From contig DYNH01000002.1 in NCBI GenBank assembly GCA_020721175.1, forward strand, positions 1 through 42,444: 42,444 bases of DNA. The letters run 5' to 3'. A program made the position numbers and the translations under genes. This document shows, piece after piece, positions 5,570 to 17,248 of this stretch; the first letter of the stretch is position 1, and each line of letters opens with the position of its first letter. The stretch is from Trichlorobacter lovleyi. GTDB lineage: Bacteria; Desulfobacterota; Desulfuromonadia; Geobacterales; Pseudopelobacteraceae. The notes below the pieces were generated by a model. The model saw only the letters and a list, made by a program, of their open reading frames with translations. It searched no databases and was not told the origin of the DNA.

Positions 5570-7813
5570 ATGAATCCCGACAATAGTTTTACATCATTAA
5601 GATCGATCCATCTCTCCCTGCGTTTTGTCATTCCGCTGGCCATTGCGCTGGCCCTTTTTGCATATGGAGTGGTTCCATTGATCGACAAACTGACCCTTAA
5701 GTGGTTTGCCCGAGATTTGGATATCCGTTCCCAATTGATCAGCAGCACACTTAATGATGCCCTGATTGACCTGGTTTTAAACAAGGAGCGCGGCAAGATA
5801 AACAAATTGTTGCTTAAGGCCACTCGTGATGAGCGTCTGCTGGCTGTCGGGGTCTGCAGCAGCGATCACAAGCTGTTGTATAAAACTGCTGATTTTCCCA
5901 AAGAAATAAGTTGTAAACCCTCAACAGATGAAGAAAAGGAAAAAAAATTCCTGATCGATCTTTCACAAGGGCCAGTTCACATCTCCAGAACCTCCCTTCA
6001 TTTTGAAAATTCGGAAATCGGCTCACTGGTGCTGGTGCATGATATGAGTTTTGTTGAACGCCGCAGCACTGATACCCGAAAGTATGTGATCATTCTGTTT
6101 CTGGTCCAGGGGGTAGTGATCTCGCTGATTACGGTATTTGTAGCCCACCTGAGCTGGCGTGGCTGGCTGGAGGGGGTGCGCGCCATGATGCGCGGAGAAG
6201 GGATACTGCGCCCATTCAGTCAACCGGCCAGCGCAGAGTTACAGCCTCTGGTGGGGGAAATGCGGTTACTTTTGCGCAACCTTGAAACAGAGAGACGTCA
6301 TGCTGACGACATGACTACAACCTGGAATCCGGCTGCCCTGCGTGCCCTGCTTAACAAACAGTTGACCGGTGATCAGGTGCTGGTGGTTTCCAACCGTGAG
6401 CCGTATATCCATATTAAAACCGAACAAGGGATTGCTGTAAATCGTCCGGCCAGCGGTCTGGTAACAGCGGTTGAGCCGGTTATGCGGGCCTGCTCTGGTA
6501 CCTGGATAGCCCACGGCAGCGGTTCTGCAGACAGGGAAACCGTAGACCGTAATGACCGTGTAGGTGTGCCGCCGAACAAACCAGAGTATAATCTGCGCCG
6601 GATATGGCTGACCGAAGAAGAGGAGCAGGGCTACTACTATGGCTTTGCCAATGAGGGATTCTGGCCGCTCTGCCACAACGCCCATGTACGACCTATCTTT
6701 CGCAGCAGTGACTGGCTTCAGTATCAAAAGATCAACCAGCGCTTTGCCGATGCCGTTGTCCGCGAGGCCCGCACGGATGATCCGGTGGTGCTGGTGCAGG
6801 ACTACCACTTTGCACTGCTGCCAAGCATGATACGACGGCAGTTACCAAAATCAACCATCATCACCTTCTGGCATATTCCCTGGCCAAATCCGGAATCTTT
6901 CGGTATTTGCCCCTGGCGGGAGGAACTTTTACAAGGCATGTTGGGTAGTACCATCCTGGGATTTCATACCCCGTTTCACTGCAAAAACTTTTTGGAGACT
7001 GTGGATCGCTATCTGGAAACAAGGATTGAGCATGAATCATCAACTATCTTCCATAAAGGTCAACTGACCATGGTTGAAGACTACCCGATTTCTATACAAT
7101 GGCCACCTGAATGGCAGGGCACTCTGCCTCCTGTTGAGCAGACCCGCACAGAAATCCTGGCTGAACTGAATCTGCCTTCAAGTCACGTAATTGGTGTCGG
7201 GGTTGATCGTATGGACTATACAAAAGGGATACTGGAGCGCTTTGCAGCAGTAGAAAGGATGCTTGAAAATCACCCGGAGTTTGTCGGGCGATTCAGCTTT
7301 GTGCAAATAGCAGCTCCTAGTCGTTCAACTCTTGAAGAATATCATGCATTTGAACTGCGTGTGCATTCTCTTGCAGCACGTATTAACAAAAGGTTTGACC
7401 GCGCGATTATTCTTAAAGCAGAACATCATACATCAGAACAGGTTAACCGATATTACAGGGCAAGCAATGTCTGCATGGTGACAAGCCTGCATGACGGGAT
7501 GAATCTGGTTGCAAAAGAATTTATAGCAGCCCGCGATGATGAACAGGGGGTACTGGTTTTAAGCCAGTTTACCGGCGCATCCAATGAGCTGCACGTGGCA
7601 TTGATAGTTAATCCGTATCATGTTGAACAGACAGCAGATGCCCTTTACCGTGGCCTGACAATGCCTGAATACGAACAAAAGGAACGGATGAAGAGTATGC
7701 GTTCTCTGGTACAGGACTTTAACGTATACAGGTGGGCAGGCAAGATGTTACTGGACGCCGCAAGGGTAAGACAAAGGGAAAAGCTGTCTGCAAGAATAGG
7801 ACGTTTGACATGA
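5570..7813 (+). CDS. otsA: Trehalose-6-phosphate synthase (GT20) fused to an N-terminal 2-TM extracytoplasmic module
   Basis: [52 protein letters not shown]; the start is more likely ATG 5570 than TTG 5525, which lies inside the MITE. Confidence 0.9.
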   Translation: MNPDNSFTSLRSIHLSLRFVIPLAIALALFAYGVVPLIDKLTLKWFARDLDIRSQLISSTLNDALIDLVLNKERGKINKLLLKATRDERLLAVGVCSSDHKLLYKTADFPKEISCKPSTDEEKEKKFLIDLSQGPVHISRTSLHFENSEIGSLVLVHDMSFVERRSTDTRKYVIILFLVQGVVISLITVFVAHLSWRGWLEGVRAMMRGEGILRPFSQPASAELQPLVGEMRLLLRNLETERRHADDMTTTWNPAALRALLNKQLTGDQVLVVSNREPYIHIKTEQGIAVNRPASGLVTAVEPVMRACSGTWIAHGSGSADRETVDRNDRVGVPPNKPEYNLRRIWLTEEEEQGYYYGFANEGFWPLCHNAHVRPIFRSSDWLQYQKINQRFADAVVREARTDDPVVLVQDYHFALLPSMIRRQLPKSTIITFWHIPWPNPESFGICPWREELLQGMLGSTILGFHTPFHCKNFLETVDRYLETRIEHESSTIFHKGQLTMVEDYPISIQWPPEWQGTLPPVEQTRTEILAELNLPSSHVIGVGVDRMDYTKGILERFAAVERMLENHPEFVGRFSFVQIAAPSRSTLEEYHAFELRVHSLAARINKRFDRAIILKAEHHTSEQVNRYYRASNVCMVTSLHDGMNLVAKEFIAARDDEQGVLVLSQFTGASNELHVALIVNPYHVEQTADALYRGLTMPEYEQKERMKSMRSLVQDFNVYRWAGKMLLDAARVRQREKLSARIGRLT

Positions 7814-8562
7814 TTGATCTGTTCAGCCCATCCGGTATTTCAGTTCTAAGGGGCTTTATTACCAGTAAAACCCTTTTTGCCTTTGACCTTGACGGCACTC
7901 TGGCACCGATAATAGATGAACCTTCAGCGGTACAGATTCCTGAGGAAATCTTTACTGCAATGCAAAAACTTTCAGACATTGCAGTCACTGCTGTAATAAC
8001 AGGCCGCTCCATTAGCGATGCTGAAAAGCGACTATGCTTCAAACCCCATTATCTGATCGGAAATCACGGCTCTGAAGGATTGCCAGGTGTCAGTAAACAG
8101 GTATTTTCATCAACTGTGGAATGCTGGGGAACGCAGCTTGAATCATTACTTGAATCTGAAGACAAGGCTTCACTTTTTTTTGAACAAAAAAACAATTCCC
8201 TGTCAATTCATTATCGTAATGCTGTTAATCCGTTAAGGGCACAGAATGCGATCATTGAGCTGATTGATGTTCTTGATCCCAAACCACGCAGGGTTGGCGG
8301 GAAATTTGTGGAAAATCTTATACCGGAAGGATTACCGCACAAAGGAGATGCACTGCTTGGAGTTATGGAGGCTGCCGGTTGTAATCAGGCCTTTTTTCTG
8401 GGAGATGACGAAACTGATGAGGATGTGTTCAGGCTTCAGGACCCGCGTATTCTGTCCGCTTGCGTGGGGCTGGATCGTAAGACAGCAGCAAAATATTATC
8501 TGTCATCTCAATCAAAAACCGTTGATTTGCTAAATTATATCTGGTTATGCTGCATTATTTAA
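7810..8562 (+). CDS. otsB: Trehalose-6-phosphate phosphatase (HAD family)
   Basis: FDLDGTLAPI, TGRS, GNHG, SIHYR, KGDAL, GDDETDEDVF; ATG 7810 overlaps the otsA stop (ATGA). Confidence 0.9.
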   Translation: MIDLFSPSGISVLRGFITSKTLFAFDLDGTLAPIIDEPSAVQIPEEIFTAMQKLSDIAVTAVITGRSISDAEKRLCFKPHYLIGNHGSEGLPGVSKQVFSSTVECWGTQLESLLESEDKASLFFEQKNNSLSIHYRNAVNPLRAQNAIIELIDVLDPKPRRVGGKFVENLIPEGLPHKGDALLGVMEAAGCNQAFFLGDDETDEDVFRLQDPRILSACVGLDRKTAAKYYLSSQSKTVDLLNYIWLCCII

Positions 8563-8575
8563 CGTCTATTTTCAA

Positions 8576-8808
8576 AAAGTCAACGAATACAACGCCTTAA
8601 TTACATGCGATTTCTGGCTAGAGTCCTGTGAACGCAAAAAAATCGCATTTGCCGTCGACAACCCCTTGAAGGATATCGTCGACTCACCTTCATGATGCTG
8701 TACCGAGACACAGTAGCAGTCTCAGTCCTTCCAGCACCCTGGCGCGTTCTTTAACAAACAGGTACACTCCAGTCATGAAACCGCAAGAAGAGCCAAAAGG
8801 GCACCGGA
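8576..8808 (+). pseudogene. Frameshifted remnant of an IS3-like DDE transposase
   Basis: Manual translation across frameshifts: KVNEYNAL..DFWLE..E...NPL / EGYRRLTFMML.RD.VAVS / PSS.WRVL / KKSQKGTG. Confidence 0.7.
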
Positions 8809-8862
8809 GTAATTTGTATAAGCTTTAAAACATATACTGCGAAAGGCATCTTAATGCGGTTT

Positions 8863-8894
8863 ATGTAGGGGCAAGGCATGCCTTGCCCCTACAT
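8863..8894. repeat. GTAG-type REP, perfect 32-bp palindrome
   Basis: ATGTAGGGGCAAGGCA|TGCCTTGCCCCTACAT. Confidence 0.85.
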
Positions 8895-8957
8895 GCCAGA
8901 CTTTGATCTTTGTTACAGCACTAATGCCTCTACGCGGCGCAACGCGCTGTAACTACA

Positions 8958-9089
8958 TTCCCACGCAGCGCGTGGGAACTAGACCAACCCGACCTACAGT
9001 ATCATTGAAAAATGAAATTTTATACCGTTTGAAGTATAAAAACACTAATGTTGATTATGTAGGCTAGGTTAGTATGCCGCAACCCGACA
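8958..9089. repeat. Cluster of REP-like remnants
   Basis: TTCCCACGC-AGC-GCGTGGGAA (8958-8978); CAACCCGACCTAC (8985-8997); GTAGGCTAGGTT..AACCCGACA (9059-9089). Confidence 0.6.
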
Positions 9090-9120
9090 TGACTAACAGT
9101 ACACGGTCTCATGGTGCTGC

Positions 9121-9158
9121 AAATTAAAGCCGGCCACAACTTTATCAGTTTGACCGGC
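9121..9158 (-). terminator. Probable terminator of the alpha operon
   Basis: Minus strand GCCGGTCA..TGGCCGGC hairpin followed by TTTAATTT, downstream of rplQ. Confidence 0.55.
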
Positions 9159-9269
9159 AATAAGAAAAAAGATTTTTTTGATTACAAATTTGTGTACTGC
9201 GTATTAACTTGGTCGATTTTAGAAAAAATCGAAATTACTTATTTAATATTCTGCGAATATTTTATCGAA

Positions 9270-9629
9270 TCAATTTTCTTCAACTAATTCTATTACTGAC
9301 TGTGATGCGGCATCACCTAATCTGTTTCCAATTTTTATAATACGCGTATATCCACCTTGTCTGTCCTTATAACGTGGTGCTATGGTATTAAATAATTTTG
9401 TTACCACAGATTTTTCACGAATATATGCAGCAGCTTGACGGTGGGCATGCAAGCTTCCATTTTTTCCAAGAGTAATCATCTTTTCAGCAACAGATCTTAT
9501 CTCTTTCGCCTTTTCATCAGTAGTAGTAATACGCTCATAATTCAAGAGCGAAGTAACCATATTCCGAAACATTGCTATACGATGACTGGTAGTACGACCA
9601 AATCTTCTACCTGATTTATTATGACGCAT
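9270..9629 (-). CDS. rplQ: 50S ribosomal protein L17
   Basis: [19 protein letters not shown]; GGYTRI. Confidence 0.97.
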   Translation of the reverse strand: MRHNKSGRRFGRTTSHRIAMFRNMVTSLLNYERITTTDEKAKEIRSVAEKMITLGKNGSLHAHRQAAAYIREKSVVTKLFNTIAPRYKDRQGGYTRIIKIGNRLGDAASQSVIELVEEN

Positions 9630-9679
9630 AATTTCAATTCCTTTCTACCAATGCTACATGAGAAATGTTTATACAGTTT

Positions 9680-10702
9680 CTATTCTTCTTCTTTTTGTTC
9701 CCCACGCAGGCGTTTTATAACTTCAGGATCAGGGAAGGTATCCAACTTCATACCAAAGGTCAGACCCATTTCAGACAGGATATCCTTTATCTCGTTTAAA
9801 GACTTGCGTCCGAAATTTTGTGTTTTAAGCATTTCTGCCTCTGATTTTGATACCAGTTCACCAATATGTTTGATGCCAGCATTTTTGAGACAGTTAGCAG
9901 ATCTTACGGATAGTTCCAGCTCTTCTACAGTACGATATAAATTTTCATTTATTTTGGCGTCATCTTCAATTGCATCTTCAGTTATTACCGGTTCAGACTC
10001 TTCATCAAAATTTATGAAAATGGTCATCTGTTCTTTAATTATCTTAGCTGCAAACGCAACCGCATCTTCAGGCTTCACACTGCCATCAGTCCAGACTTCT
10101 AAAGCTAGTTTATCATAGTCTGTCATCTGCCCGACACGTGCATTGGAGACGATATAATTGACCTTCATTATTGGTGAAAATATGGAATCAATAGGAATAG
10201 TACCTATAGGGGCCTTTTCATCACGGTTACGCTCAGCCGATACAAACCCTTTCCCCATTTTGACAGTCATATCCATTTCAAGCACTGCATCTTTACCGCA
10301 AGTAGCAATGTGCAGTTCAGGATTCATAATTTCTACATTATGTGGAACTATAATATCACTAGCCCTGATAACTCCTTCACCTTTATGGATCAATCGAATA
10401 GTCGCCTGATCATTGCCATAAAATCTGAGCCTGACACCTTTTAGATTTAGTATTATATCAGTTACGTCTTCAGTTACACCTGGAATTGAAGTGAATTCGT
10501 GCTGTACTCCTTTTATTCTAACAGATGTAACTGCGGCCCCTTGTAAGGATGATAACAAAACACGTCTGAGAGAGTTACCAAGTGTTGTACCAAAACCACG
10601 TTCAAATGGCTCTGCAACAAATTTAGCATATGTATTTGTAAGTGTTTCTTTTTCGACCTGTAATTGTTTCGGCTTTATCAGATCACGCCAGTTTTTAAAC
10701 AT
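9680..10702 (-). CDS. rpoA: RNA polymerase alpha subunit
   Basis: [23 protein letters not shown]; LSVRSANCL; [11 protein letters not shown]. Confidence 0.98.
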   Translation of the reverse strand: MFKNWRDLIKPKQLQVEKETLTNTYAKFVAEPFERGFGTTLGNSLRRVLLSSLQGAAVTSVRIKGVQHEFTSIPGVTEDVTDIILNLKGVRLRFYGNDQATIRLIHKGEGVIRASDIIVPHNVEIMNPELHIATCGKDAVLEMDMTVKMGKGFVSAERNRDEKAPIGTIPIDSIFSPIMKVNYIVSNARVGQMTDYDKLALEVWTDGSVKPEDAVAFAAKIIKEQMTIFINFDEESEPVITEDAIEDDAKINENLYRTVEELELSVRSANCLKNAGIKHIGELVSKSEAEMLKTQNFGRKSLNEIKDILSEMGLTFGMKLDTFPDPEVIKRLRGEQKEEE

Positions 10703-10764
10703 TCATTCCCTCCCATCAAGGGGTAAAAGATATTCTAAAGCGTAAACCAAAAAAGTTAAAAGCT

Positions 10765-11391
10765 CTACTTGGAGTAAAGTTCCACAATCAATTGTTCTTG
10801 TATAGGTGTAACTATATCTTCACGTACTGGTAAAGATTTTACTGTCCCTTTAAAAGAATCTCGATCCAGCTCTAACCATTGAGGTATTCCCCTACGTACA
10901 ACAGCATCAAGTGACTCATTGACACTTACGACTGAACGGCTCTTTTCACGCAACTCGATTTGATCGCCGGCTCTGACCTGCATTGATGGAATTGTAGCCT
11001 TACGGCCATTCAGAGTAAAATGGCCATGACGAGTTAACTGACGTGATTCTGCTCTTGATGAGGCAAAGCCCAGCCGATAAACTACATTGTCTAATCTTCT
11101 TTCTAACAAAGAAAGAAGATTTTCGCCAGTTACGCCTTTCATTCTGTCAGCGCGTACGAAATAACTACGAAATTGTTTCTCCAGCAGACCATAAAGCCTT
11201 TTTACCTTCTGCTTCTCGCGCAACTGAATACCAAAGTCTGAAGTTTTAGTTCTGCCTTGGCCATGCTGACCTGGAGGATAGTTACGTCGTTTTAAGGCAC
11301 ATTTATCTGTATAACAACGATCCCCTTTAAGGAAAAGCTCCATATTTTCTCTTCTGCACAAACGACAAGATGGTCCAGTATACCTAGCCAA
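10765..11391 (-). CDS. rpsD: 30S ribosomal protein S4
   Basis: [15 protein letters not shown]; [11 protein letters not shown]; LIVELYSK. Confidence 0.98.
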   Translation of the reverse strand: MARYTGPSCRLCRRENMELFLKGDRCYTDKCALKRRNYPPGQHGQGRTKTSDFGIQLREKQKVKRLYGLLEKQFRSYFVRADRMKGVTGENLLSLLERRLDNVVYRLGFASSRAESRQLTRHGHFTLNGRKATIPSMQVRAGDQIELREKSRSVVSVNESLDAVVRRGIPQWLELDRDSFKGTVKSLPVREDIVTPIQEQLIVELYSK

Positions 11392-11441
11392 GGTTACCTC
11401 CTGTGATGATTATATATTTATATAATAAATTTGACTTAAAG

Positions 11442-11834
11442 TTAAACTCTTCTACGCTTCGGTGGACGACAACCATTATGCGGTATAGGTGTAATGTCAC
11501 GTATAAAACTTACGTTTAATCCTGTTGCCTGCAGGGCACGTAAAGCAGATTCTCTACCAGAACCGGGACCTTTTACAAGAACTTCAACATTCCTTAAACC
11601 ATGCTCCTGTGCTTTACGAACACAGTCTTCTGCTGCTACCTGAGCTGCGAAAGGAGTACTTTTACGTGATCCCTTGAAACCTTTTGCACCAGCAGTTGAC
11701 CAAGCCAAGACATTACCTACTGGGTCAGTGATTGTGATTATTGTATTATTAAATGTAGCCTGGATATGAGCTACGCCATTAGTTATGTTCTTTTTTTCCT
11801 TCTTTTTTCTGACGACCTTTTTCGGGGCTGCCAT
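11442..11834 (-). CDS. rpsK: 30S ribosomal protein S11
   Basis: [11 protein letters not shown]; [13 protein letters not shown]. Confidence 0.98.
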   Translation of the reverse strand: MAAPKKVVRKKKEKKNITNGVAHIQATFNNTIITITDPVGNVLAWSTAGAKGFKGSRKSTPFAAQVAAEDCVRKAQEHGLRNVEVLVKGPGSGRESALRALQATGLNVSFIRDITPIPHNGCRPPKRRRV

Positions 11835-11865
11835 ACTACCTCCAGAAACGTTCTATGATTTAGAT

Positions 11866-12234
11866 TTATTTCTTCTTACCAGCCACTGTTCTGGCAGGCC
11901 CTTTTCGAGTACGAGCATTTGTCTTAGTGCGTTGACCACGGCAGGGCAAACCTTTACGATGACGTAAACCACGGTAACATCCAAGATCCATCAAGCGCTT
12001 GATATTCATTGAAACTTCTCGACGCAGATCACCTTCAACCTTGATATTTTTGTCGATTTCTTCACGAAGTTTCCCGACTTCAGCTTCAGTGAGCTTATCT
12101 GTTCTTGTACTTGGATCAATATTGGTAGAAGCTAAAATTGTTTGTGCAGTTGAGCGACCTATACCATATATATAAGTCAAAGCAATTTCTATACGCTTGT
12201 TTTTTGGTAAATCAATACCTGAGATACGTGCCAC
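11866..12234 (-). CDS. rpsM: 30S ribosomal protein S13
   Basis: ARISGIDLP; [25 protein letters not shown]. Confidence 0.98.
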   Translation of the reverse strand: MARISGIDLPKNKRIEIALTYIYGIGRSTAQTILASTNIDPSTRTDKLTEAEVGKLREEIDKNIKVEGDLRREVSMNIKRLMDLGCYRGLRHRKGLPCRGQRTKTNARTRKGPARTVAGKKK

Positions 12235-12254
12235 CGTTCATCCTCCCCTTGTTG

Positions 12255-12368
12255 TTAGCCCTGACGTTGAGAATGTTTGGGTGTGTCACATATTACTCGA
12301 ACAACACCCTTACGTTTTATAATCTTACATTTATCACAAATTTTTTTTACGGATGCTCTGACTTTCAT
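12255..12368 (-). CDS. rpmJ: 50S ribosomal protein L36 (not in ORF track)
   Basis: Manual translation [37 protein letters not shown]. Confidence 0.96.
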   Translation of the reverse strand: MKVRASVKKICDKCKIIKRKGVVRVICDTPKHSQRQG

Positions 12369-12391
12369 TGTTAACCTTTCTTTATAAGCTA

Positions 12392-13138
12392 CTATAAATG
12401 TGTCAATATTTCAGGTCCATTATCAGTTATAGCGATTGTGTGCTCGAAATGAGCTGAAAGACTTCCATCGTAAGTAACAGCAGTCCAACCATCATCTAGT
12501 ACTTTTACAGAATGACTGCCAAAATTGACCATAGGTTCTATAGCCAGTACCATTCCTGTTTTAAGCTGAACACCACGGCCAGCTTTTCCGTAATTAGGAA
12601 CTTGTGGTTCTTCGTGAAGGTTCTTGCCAATTCCGTGACCGACAAAATCACGAACTACTGAAAATCCTGCGGATTCAACACGATTCTGAACCGCACTCGA
12701 AATATCAAACAATCTTCCACCAGTTACAGCCTTTGTTATACCGTCATACAAAGACATTTCAGTAACTTCAATTAATTTTTCTGCGCTGTTATTGACATTG
12801 CCTACCGGGACAGTTATTGCTGCATCACCATAAAAATCATCGTACAGAACGCCAAAATCTAGACTTAATATATCGCCATTTTTTAATGGTTTATTATTAG
12901 GCATACCATGAATTACACGATCGTTTGGTGAACAACAGAGTGCAAATGGAAACCCGCCATATCCCTTAAATGCTGGTTTAGCTCTATTTTTTTTAGTCTC
13001 TTTCAGAGCAATCTCTTCTAGCTCTATAGTGGTAATACCAGGAGCAACCTTATTCTTTAATATAGACAGAATTTTAGCTACTATATGACAGGATACTCTA
13101 ATCTTTTCGATTTCTTTAGGAGACTTAAGAATTATCAA
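12392..13138 (-). CDS. map: Methionine aminopeptidase, type I
   Basis: HGMP, GHGIG..LHEEP, AIEPM, SAHFEHT. Confidence 0.96.
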   Translation of the reverse strand: MIILKSPKEIEKIRVSCHIVAKILSILKNKVAPGITTIELEEIALKETKKNRAKPAFKGYGGFPFALCCSPNDRVIHGMPNNKPLKNGDILSLDFGVLYDDFYGDAAITVPVGNVNNSAEKLIEVTEMSLYDGITKAVTGGRLFDISSAVQNRVESAGFSVVRDFVGHGIGKNLHEEPQVPNYGKAGRGVQLKTGMVLAIEPMVNFGSHSVKVLDDGWTAVTYDGSLSAHFEHTIAITDNGPEILTHL

Positions 13139-13785
13139 CTTCTATTTACCAAAATTGTATTAATTCTTTGTTGTATATCTGAAATAGTGCCATGTCCTGA
13201 AACAACATTCAGAATTTTGTTAATTCTGTAGTATTCAACCAACGGTTCTGTCTGTTCTTTATAAACTTTCAGCCGGTTTATTACCGTCTCCTCAGTATCA
13301 TCATCACGTTGTACGAGAGGAGTATTGCATACATTGCACAATCCTTCATTAACAGGAGATTCATAAAGTATATGATATCCTTTACCACAGGCAGGGCAGG
13401 TTCTACGGCCTGAAAGCCTTTTTACAATGACATCATCACTGACATCTAAAGCCAAAACATAATCAAGCTTCTGATCTAGTTTATCCAATATGGTGCTAAG
13501 AGCATCAGCCTGAGCTATAGTACGTGGAAAACCATCTAGTATAAAGCCATTAGTACAGTCATTTTGCTTAAGACGCTCTTCCACTATACCTAGCACTATG
13601 TCATCAGAAACCAGTTCTCCACGCTCCATCATACTCTTAGCCTTGAGACCAAAATCAGTGCCATTCTTAATTGCTGATCTTAACATGTCACCAGTAGAAA
13701 TATGCGGCATCTGGAAATTTTTAGAAATAAACTCTGCCTGAGTACCTTTACCTGCTCCAGGAGGTCCAAATAAAATCAGATTCAT
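13135..13785 (-). CDS. adk: Adenylate kinase (Zn-binding LID)
   Basis: GPPGAGKGTQ, LDGFPRT, CxxC..CxxC lid. Confidence 0.97.
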   Translation of the reverse strand: MNLILFGPPGAGKGTQAEFISKNFQMPHISTGDMLRSAIKNGTDFGLKAKSMMERGELVSDDIVLGIVEERLKQNDCTNGFILDGFPRTIAQADALSTILDKLDQKLDYVLALDVSDDVIVKRLSGRRTCPACGKGYHILYESPVNEGLCNVCNTPLVQRDDDTEETVINRLKVYKEQTEPLVEYYRINKILNVVSGHGTISDIQQRINTILVNRS

Positions 13786-13786
13786 A

Positions 13787-15100
13787 TTATCTTCTCCCCC
13801 TAATTTTTACACCTTTAAGGAAACCCTCATAATTGCGAGTTATTAAGTGAGACTCAATTTGTGATACAGTATCCATACCTACACCAACCGCGATCAGCAA
13901 TGATGTACCGCCAAAATAAAAAGGAAGATTAAACTTGAACCCGGAAACTAATATAGATGGGAGTATACATACCAGTGATATGTATATAGCACCTGCAAAA
14001 GTTAGTTTTGTAAGTATGCTATCCATATACTCAGACGTCTCTTTACCTGGTCTAATTCCAGGGATGTAACCACCATGTTTTTTGATATTTTCAGCTACAT
14101 CTGCCGGATTAAAGGTCACAGCCGTATAGAAATAACAAAAGAAAACTATAAACGCAACATAAAACACATTATAAAGCCAGTTGCCCGGTGATAGCATTTT
14201 AGCAAATGACTGTACAGCCGGGACATTGATAAAATTTGCTACAGTTGCCGGGAACATTATTATAGAAGATGCAAAAATAGGTGGTATGACACCTGCCATA
14301 TTTACTTTTAAAGGCAAATGTGAGGTCTGTGGACTTATAGTTTTAAGACCAGAAACTCTTTTAGCATAATGTATCGGGAGTCTGCGTTGTCCACGCTCAA
14401 CAAAAACTATCGCGGCAATAACAGCTACCATTAGTATCAAAACGAATAAAATAGAAAACAGTGATAAGTTTCCACTATTAATCAGCTTGAACGTATTTCC
14501 TACAGCAGAAGGTATTGAAACAACGATACCGGCAAAAATTATAAGTGAAATGCCGTTACCAATACCACGCTCAGTCATCTGCTCGCCCAGCCACATAATA
14601 AATGCTGTACCAGCAGTTAATGTTATTATCGTAATCAGTCGAAAAGACCATCCAGGAGTAGGAACTACCAGTTCGCCAGCAGGTCCACGCATACTTTCCA
14701 AACCAATTGCAATTCCGGCTCCTTGTACAATGCTTAATATGATTGTCCCATAACGTGTGTATTGCGTGATCTTTTTACGACCTGCTTCACCTTCTTTTGA
14801 AAGCTTCTCTATTGCAGGTACAACGACAGTCAATAATTGGAATATAATCGAGGAAGAAATATAAGGCATTATACCTAAGGCAAATACTGACATTCTTTCC
14901 AGCGCGCCGCCAGAAAACATATCAAAGAGGCCTAGCAGCGTTCCTTGTGCTTGCTTAAAAAAATGTGACAATGCTATAGTATCTATTCCCGGGGTAGGAA
15001 TATGACAACCTACACGGTACACAGCCAGCATCCCTAACGTATAAATTATTCTTTTTTTTAGTTCAGGTATTAGAAATATATTTTTAAAAGCTTCTATCAC
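13787..15100 (-). CDS. secY: Preprotein translocase subunit SecY
   Basis: [35 protein letters not shown]. Confidence 0.98.
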   Translation of the reverse strand: MIEAFKNIFLIPELKKRIIYTLGMLAVYRVGCHIPTPGIDTIALSHFFKQAQGTLLGLFDMFSGGALERMSVFALGIMPYISSSIIFQLLTVVVPAIEKLSKEGEAGRKKITQYTRYGTIILSIVQGAGIAIGLESMRGPAGELVVPTPGWSFRLITIITLTAGTAFIMWLGEQMTERGIGNGISLIIFAGIVVSIPSAVGNTFKLINSGNLSLFSILFVLILMVAVIAAIVFVERGQRRLPIHYAKRVSGLKTISPQTSHLPLKVNMAGVIPPIFASSIIMFPATVANFINVPAVQSFAKMLSPGNWLYNVFYVAFIVFFCYFYTAVTFNPADVAENIKKHGGYIPGIRPGKETSEYMDSILTKLTFAGAIYISLVCILPSILVSGFKFNLPFYFGGTSLLIAVGVGMDTVSQIESHLITRNYEGFLKGVKIRGRR

Positions 15101-15543
15101 TCTTCAGTAACCTCGATGGTTCCACCCGCAGATTGTATTTTTTCAGCAGCCATTTTACTGAACTTATCAGCCTTGATAAAAAGCGTTTTAGTAATTTCAC
15201 CATTTGCTAAAACTTTTACCGGAAGATTTGACTTTTTTAAAATACCTTTAACATCCATCAATTCACGATCTACTGTGCTGTTGTCATCGAATATATTGAA
15301 CTGGTTAAGGTTGACTAATACGTACTCGTTTCTTGAAATAGGACGAAAGCCACGCTTGGGCAACCTGCGTTGCAAAGGCATTTGACCACCTTCAAAGCCA
15401 GGTTTTACGCTACCACCTGATCTTGCCTTTTGTCCTTTATGTCCTTTAGTAGCTGTCTTACCGTGACCAGACCCGGTACCACGACCAATACGTTTTCTAT
15501 TTTTTGTTGAGCCTAGCGCTGGTTGTAAACTATTTAGTTCCAT
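15097..15543 (-). CDS. rplO: 50S ribosomal protein L15
   Basis: [18 protein letters not shown]. Confidence 0.97.
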   Translation of the reverse strand: MELNSLQPALGSTKNRKRIGRGTGSGHGKTATKGHKGQKARSGGSVKPGFEGGQMPLQRRLPKRGFRPISRNEYVLVNLNQFNIFDDNSTVDRELMDVKGILKKSNLPVKVLANGEITKTLFIKADKFSKMAAEKIQSAGGTIEVTEE

Positions 15544-15559
15544 AATGGGTGTCCATCCT

Positions 15560-15736
15560 TTAAGTTACCTTAAGCATATGCTTTATTTTATTTACCATGC
15601 CACGTGTTTCTGGGGTATCTTCTCTTACAACTGTTTGATTCAGACGACGTAAACCAAGTCCACGAACTACACCGCGATGTTTATCAGGTCTGCCTATCAG
15701 GCTTTTAGTAAGTGTTATATTTAAAGTATTGCTCAT
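15560..15736 (-). CDS. rpmD: 50S ribosomal protein L30 (not in ORF track)
   Basis: Manual translation [58 protein letters not shown]. Confidence 0.95.
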   Translation of the reverse strand: MSNTLNITLTKSLIGRPDKHRGVVRGLGLRRLNQTVVREDTPETRGMVNKIKHMLKVT

Positions 15737-15766
15737 TTTGAATCATCCTTATCAATTATAAATAAT

Positions 15767-16255
15767 CTACTCCGCAAGACCACGCCGTGAAATCAATTCG
15801 TCGGGGGTCTTTAACATACGCAGGCCTTCAAATGTAGCTTTTACAACATTATGCGGGTTATTAGTGCCTAAACATTTTGAAAGAATATTGCTGATGCCAG
15901 CAGCTTCAAAGATAGCTCTAGATGCACCACCTGCAATAACACCTGTACCAGCAGAAGCAGGTTTCATCAAAATACGCCCAGCTCCAAAATGTCCAACCAT
16001 CTCATATGGAATAGTCTGATTTTCGTTTACTGGTACTTTAATAATATTTTTCTTTGCTTGTTCTACACCTTTACGGATAGCCTCTGGAACTTCATTTGCC
16101 TTACCAAGTCCATACCCTACATGACCATTTGAATCACCAACTACAACCAGTGCAGAAAAACTGAACCGCCTACCACCCTTGACAACCTTCGCAACACGAC
16201 TGATGTGTACTACTTTGTCTGTAAGATTCAAATCGCTCGCATTAATTCTGCTCAC
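15767..16255 (-). CDS. rpsE: 30S ribosomal protein S5
   Basis: [22 protein letters not shown]; GTG 16255 is best spaced from GGAGG. Confidence 0.96.
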   Translation of the reverse strand: MSRINASDLNLTDKVVHISRVAKVVKGGRRFSFSALVVVGDSNGHVGYGLGKANEVPEAIRKGVEQAKKNIIKVPVNENQTIPYEMVGHFGAGRILMKPASAGTGVIAGGASRAIFEAAGISNILSKCLGTNNPHNVVKATFEGLRMLKTPDELISRRGLAE

Positions 16256-16281
16256 TACCAACCTCCCTGGGAGAGTAAAAC

Positions 16282-16647
16282 TTAAAAGTCAAGACCGGCT
16301 TCACGTGCCGCGTCTGCAAGAGCCTGTATACGTCCATGATAAAGAAAGCCATTTCGATCAAAAACGACTGATTTTATATTCTTTTCTAGTGCAGCTTTGG
16401 CAAGTGCCGTACCGACAGCAGCAGCAGATGTTTTATTACCAGTATAAACAGTATCAACCGTCAGCTTGTTACATGTAGATACAGCTGCCAATGTTGTACC
16501 AGTAACGTCATCAATGAGTTGAGCATAGATATGTTTCGAGCTCCTGAAAACATTAAGTCGTGGCCTGTCTGCACTGCCTCTTACTTTTTTACGCACCCTA
16601 ACTTGACGCTTCAGGCGAGTTATCGTTTTTTGTGATGTCTTACTCAC
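16282..16647 (-). CDS. rplR: 50S ribosomal protein L18
   Basis: [15 protein letters not shown]; [11 protein letters not shown]. Confidence 0.97.
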   Translation of the reverse strand: MSKTSQKTITRLKRQVRVRKKVRGSADRPRLNVFRSSKHIYAQLIDDVTGTTLAAVSTCNKLTVDTVYTGNKTSAAAVGTALAKAALEKNIKSVVFDRNGFLYHGRIQALADAAREAGLDF

Positions 16648-16672
16648 TTTTTACTCCTTACTATGTTAAAAA

Positions 16673-17212
16673 CTATTTTTTACCTGTTTTACCAGCTTTA
16701 CGGAGTATTGTTTCATTTGCGTACTTAATACCCTTACCCTTATAAGGTTCTGGTCCTCTGAAAGATCTTATTTTAGCAGCACTCTGCCCAACAAGTTCTT
16801 TGTCAATTCCTTTAACTGTAAGTTTTGTCATTTTCTCTACATCAACTGAAATTCCAGACGGCAAGGGATATACTACCGGGTGCGAGTAACCAAGACTTAA
16901 AACAAGGTCACTACCTTTCACCTCTGCACGATAACCTACACCGTTAATCTCCAGATCAGTCTGATAACCATTGGTAACACCGACTATCATGTTATTTAAT
17001 AATGTTCTGGTCAATCCATGTGCAGATCTGGATTTGATTGTATTATCTACACGATTGACAACGATACGATTACTCTCAATATCCAGTGATACATCAGATG
17101 TTATTTTACGTGACAATTCACCTTTTGGACCTTTTACAGTAATAAGCAGATCATTACAGGTGACATCTACATTTGATGGCACTATAATCGGTAATTTTCC
17201 GATTCGAGACAT
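16673..17212 (-). CDS. rplF: 50S ribosomal protein L6
   Basis: MSRIGKLP; PEPYKGKGI. Confidence 0.97.
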   Translation of the reverse strand: MSRIGKLPIIVPSNVDVTCNDLLITVKGPKGELSRKITSDVSLDIESNRIVVNRVDNTIKSRSAHGLTRTLLNNMIVGVTNGYQTDLEINGVGYRAEVKGSDLVLSLGYSHPVVYPLPSGISVDVEKMTKLTVKGIDKELVGQSAAKIRSFRGPEPYKGKGIKYANETILRKAGKTGKK

Positions 17213-17248
17213 TTTAAAGGCTCCTTTATATGCAATAACAAAACAGGT

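Noticed and set aside
12369-12391. Missing infA between map and rpmJ
   Set aside because: infA lies elsewhere in many bacteria; only 23 bp separate the genes, with no sign of a remnant.
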